Shown here: in pieces, positions 59,678 to 63,700 of the stretch
Position numbering within the stretch: the first letter of the stretch is position 1
Layout: each line of letters begins with the position of its first letter
Source: Chiloscyllium plagiosum
Lineage: Eukaryota
Assembly: GCF_004010195.1 (NCBI RefSeq)
Contig: NC_057751.1
Location: 9,615,611-9,679,310, forward strand
Direction of reading: 5' to 3'
Length of the DNA: 63,700 nt
Made by a program: the position numbers and the translations under genes
Notes under the pieces: generated by a model
Database searches by the model: none
What the model was told of the DNA's origin: nothing
The model's input: only the letters and a program-made list of their open reading frames with translations

Positions 59678-60390
59678 CATAAGACTAGGAGCAGAAATGA
59701 AACCATTCAGCCCATCAAGTCTGCTACACCATTCAATCATGGCAGATAAGTTTCTCAACCCCATTCTCCCACTTTCTCATTGTAACCTTTGATCCCCTTG
59801 ATACTTGGGAACCTGTCCATCTCACTATTAATGACCTGGCCTCCACAGCCTTCTGGGCCAAGGCCAGTACATCCTTCCTGAAAAGGGACCCAAAACTGCA
59901 CACAATACTCCAAAAGTGGTCCGACCAGAGCCTTTAAAGAGTCTCAGACGCACATACCCGCTTTGGTATTATAAATGCCATCACTGTATTTGCCTTTCTA
60001 ACTACTGACTCGACCTGCAAGTTTACCTTGAGATAATCCTGGGCGAGAACTCCCAAGTCTCTTTGCACTGTAGACTTCTGAATTTTCTTCCCTTTTCAAT
60101 AATAGTCCATGTACTCTTCCTGCCAGACTGCATGACCCCTTTCTTTGCCATGTTGTACTCCATCTGCCGCTACTTTGCCCACTTTCCATGCCTGAGCCTA
60201 TCCTTCTGCAGCCTCCCTTCCTCCTCAGTGCGACCTGTCCCTCTGTTTTTGTGTTGTCTGCAAACTTAGCCAGAATGCCTTAATTTCCTTCATCTAGTTC
60301 CTTAATGTATAAAGTGAAAAGTTGTGGTCCCAACACTCAGCCTTGTGGAACACCACTTGTCAACGGCTGCCATCCTGAGAAGGCCCCTTT
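59678..60390 (-). mobile_element. CR1 3' fragment
   Basis: cataagactaggagcagaa tail; ccaaaactgcacacaatactcc; tgtctgcaaacttagc; gtggaacaccacttg. Confidence 0.8.
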
Positions 60391-60439
60391 TAACCCTCTT
60401 AAGGATGAGCAACAATAATGGGATCAGGTTTTTATACCA

Positions 60440-61850
60440 AGATGGAGAGTGAGGTATTTGATTCTGAGACTCCTGGTCCTGAATCTTAAGGAAGGGAAAC
60501 TGCAATGGTAGGAAGCATGAGTTGGCTTTGATGGATTGGGAAATGTTACTGAAAGGAATAATAATGGAAAGAAAGTGGCAAATGTTCAAAGATCAAATGA
60601 GGAAGCAGCAAAAATATATTCCTGTCTGGCGCAAGTTTGCAAAGAGAACTGTGGTGAAATCTTGGCTTATACGGGAAGTTACAGATTAGTATGAGATGGG
60701 GCGGGGGGAGAAAAAGAGGTGTACGAATTGGCAAGGAAGAACCATGTGCCTGAGAATTCTGAACAGTTTAGAAGTCAGCACAGATGGACCAAGGGATTGA
60801 TTACAGGCAAGTAGAGTGCGAGTCAGCTTCTAAGAACAGAAGAACTAAATGAAACAGTTTTTGTCAGTATGTCAAGAGAAAAGGATTGGTGAACACGAAC
60901 GTAGGTCCCTTACGATCAGAAACGGGATGTGAATGGGCAACCAAGAAACGGATGACAAGCTAAATTAACATTTCACTTCAGCCTTCACAAAGAAAGACAC
61001 GAATAATGTGGATTTAATCAAAAGGAGGAACTGAAGCAAATCTGTATCAGTGGAGAAATTTAATGAAATTGATGGGATTGAAGGCTGGTAAATTCCAAGG
61101 CCGAATAATCATTGTCTCAGGCTACTTATGAAAGTAGCCCTCAAAATAGTTAATGTATTTTTTTGATCACCTTCCAATGTTCATTTGTTCCTGGAACAGT
61201 TCTTACAGATTATAGGGTAGCTAATGTAATGTCCCTTTTTCTGAAGGGACATAGGGAGAAAACAAGGAATTATGGACCAGTGAGTCTAACATTTGAAGTG
61301 GAGAAGGTGCAAGAGTCCATTGACAATGGTTTTGTAGCAGAGCACTTCGGAAATAGTGGATGTTCTTGTTATCAAGGGCATGCAGTGAAGATGGACTAAA
61401 TTGATTCTTGTAATGGCAGGACTGACATAGGGTAAGAGATCGAGTTGGTTCAGCTTGTATTCACTAGAGTTTGGAAGAATGGGGGGGGGAACTCTCAAAG
61501 AAACTGATCAAATTTTAACAGGCTTTGACAGGCTCGATGTAGAAAGGATGTGCCATTGGTGGGGAAGTGCAGAATCCAGGGTCATAGTTTAATATTGAGG
61601 AGTATTCCTGTTAGGACTGAGTTACGGAAAAAGTTCTTCACCCAGAGACTGGTGAGCCTGTGCTATTGACAGCCACAGAGCGTGGTTGAAGCCAAAACAT
61701 TGTGTGTTCATGAGGAGTTAGCTGTTGCTCTTCAGGTTGAAAAGGATTAAATGATATGGGGAGAAGGTGGGATCAACCGTGATCATATTTGTGACTGTGC
61801 ACGCTCAAAAGTCACTTGGTCTGTTCTCCTCCTATTTTCAATATTTCTGT
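60440..61850 (+). mobile_element. Old, deleted CR1 ORF2 remnant
   Basis: DYRVANVMSLFLKGHREKTRNYGPVSLT; cagggtcatagtt; ttcttcacccagagactggtg. Confidence 0.7.
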
Positions 61851-63076
61851 CCTCTGAAACTTAATGACGTTCTAATGCTTCTTGCAATGTGTGAGGACCT
61901 GCTGTACTTGGACATCAAGTTCTTCAATTTGCTACAAAAGATTACATTTGTTCTGATGTTACATCAACAGATATGTTACTTCGAGAAATTGTGAGAAAGA
62001 TGTCTCTTTTTTTGGCTATTATGAACTTTAGGTACTGTGAGTGATAAAAGTATGCATGGGCTTCTGGTAAGCACAGAATTAACGGCTTAAAATCTATTTG
62101 CATAGATTAGGTTATGTATAAATAACTCTTCAGACATCACCTAGGACTAAGCCACTTCTGAGATCAAAAGCAAGAGGCAATTCCCATCCTGTACAGGTAA
62201 CAAGACTGCAGGAAAAACAGAAAACACGAAGGAGGTGAAGGAAAAGAAACTAAGCACCAAAATATTTGTCATTGTGAAGAGGCCACTGCACTCAGCTATG
62301 GCAAATAGCAACAATGCGCTGGAAGGGAAATGGATCTGACATACCTGTCCAAAGGGAGAGAGCATAAACCTCATTCTTTCAATGAACCTCCTGAGTCGAC
62401 TCAGCCAGAATAATTCCAGCACGTTGGATTTGTGTGGTTTTCTCAGCTGAACACAAATGAGACTATGTCTGAATGCTATGGGAATGGAGGAGTAAACTAA
62501 TACGTAGGACAGGAACTCTGTCAGGCAACAGATCTGGTAAGTGATAAACAGTATTAAAATGAGTCTAAAGACTGCTTCCATTGATGTGCAGACTATTCAA
62601 TCTCTCACTTCACATGTTGCACTCCCAGGTTCACTTGCCAAAGTCAAAGCTGACCTATAATTTTGAGAGTATATACACCTCAGCTCTGACAGAATCGTCA
62701 TAATGATGGGGCGACTAATCTGGTCAGAACGCATCAAATTCAGTTCCACTCATCTGAGTACAGTATTCTACTGCAGGAAGCAAACCTCAATCTCTGAAGT
62801 TATGAAGATGTTGAGCGATTTTAGAAAACTTAATGTACAAAAATGCATTCCATTTAATTTATGTCTGCCTTTGTTCAGAACAGCAATCTGCTAAGTCCAT
62901 TGAAATTAGTCCCAATGTTAGAAACAATGGCTCACAACTGAAAGAAAAACAGAAATTGCTGGAAAAAACTCAGCAGGTGTGACAGACAGAATTTGGCACA
63001 GAGGAATTGGAGTCCGGTTCAGTTTCAGGTCCAGTTCACAATTTTGTTTTATTATTTCTGGCTTACAACTGAGTTC

Positions 63077-63700
63077 GAGTCAGAGTCCTAGAGATGTACA
63101 ACATGGAAACAGACCCTTCGGTCCAACCCGTCCACGCTGACCAGATATCCCAACCCAATCTAGTCCCACCTGCAAGCACCCGGCCCATATCCCTCCAAAC
63201 CCTTCCTATTCATATACCCATCCAAATGCCTCTTAAATGTTGCAATTGTACCAGCCTCCATCACATCCTCTGGCAGCTCATTCCATACACGTACCACTAT
63301 CTGCATGAAAACATTCCCCTTAGGTCTCTTTTATATCTTTCCCCTCTCACCCTAAACCTATGCCCTCTCGTTCTGGACTCCCCGACCCCAGGGAAAAGAC
63401 TTTGAGGGGCATGGATAGGATAAATAGACATAATTTTGTAAACCACTATAAGGTCACCCCTCAGCCTCCGACGCTGCAGGAAAAACAGCCCCAGCCTGTT
63501 CAGCCTCTCCCTGTAGCTCAGATCCTCCAACCCTGGCATCATCCTTGTAAATCTTTTCTGAACCCTTCCAAGTTTCACAACATCTTTCCGATAGGAAGGA
63601 GACCAGAATTGCACGCAATATTCCAACAGTGGCCTAACCAATGTCCTGTACAGCCGCAACATGACCTCCCAACTCCTGTACTCAATACTCTGACCAAAGC
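63077..63700 (-). mobile_element. CR1/HER1 LINE 3' end (runs off the window) with microinversion
   Basis: [47 protein letters not shown]; same subfamily as 24568-26246. Confidence 0.92.

Noticed and set aside
62147-62581. 144-aa hydrophobic minus-strand ORF
   Set aside because: No family resemblance; the hydrophobicity follows from T-rich composition; no supporting exon chain found.

Overview
This is eukaryotic, intron-rich vertebrate DNA, almost certainly from a cartilaginous fish, judging by HE1-type V-SINEs, a SacSINE1-like DeuSINE and HER1/CR1 LINEs (taxon inferred from the repeats). I reconstructed four spliced genes by hand with consistent reading phase: the 3' 24 exons of SNRNP200/Brr2 (+, 1-19273), complete CIAO1 (-, 7 exons, 337 aa), complete TMEM127 (+, 3 coding exons, 237 aa) sharing a 329-bp CpG-island promoter with CIAO1, and NCAPH (-, 17 coding exons, about 704 aa, one GC-AG intron, CDE/CHR promoter). 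The rest is decayed CR1 LINEs, SINEs, a Penelope element, a TA-flanked MITE and LTR-like remnants. The most interesting non-genic signal is a set of dispersed short repeats, in at least three sequence families and often arranged as inverted pairs, that carry minimal type-I hammerhead ribozyme motifs. One has an intact core and sits inside a TSD-flanked insertion of about 130 bp in TMEM127 intron 1. Also notable are an inverted CR1 pair enclosing one SNRNP200 exon and a 105-bp direct repeat bracketing the last CIAO1 exon. Repeat boundaries are approximate and read by eye; no database searches were run.
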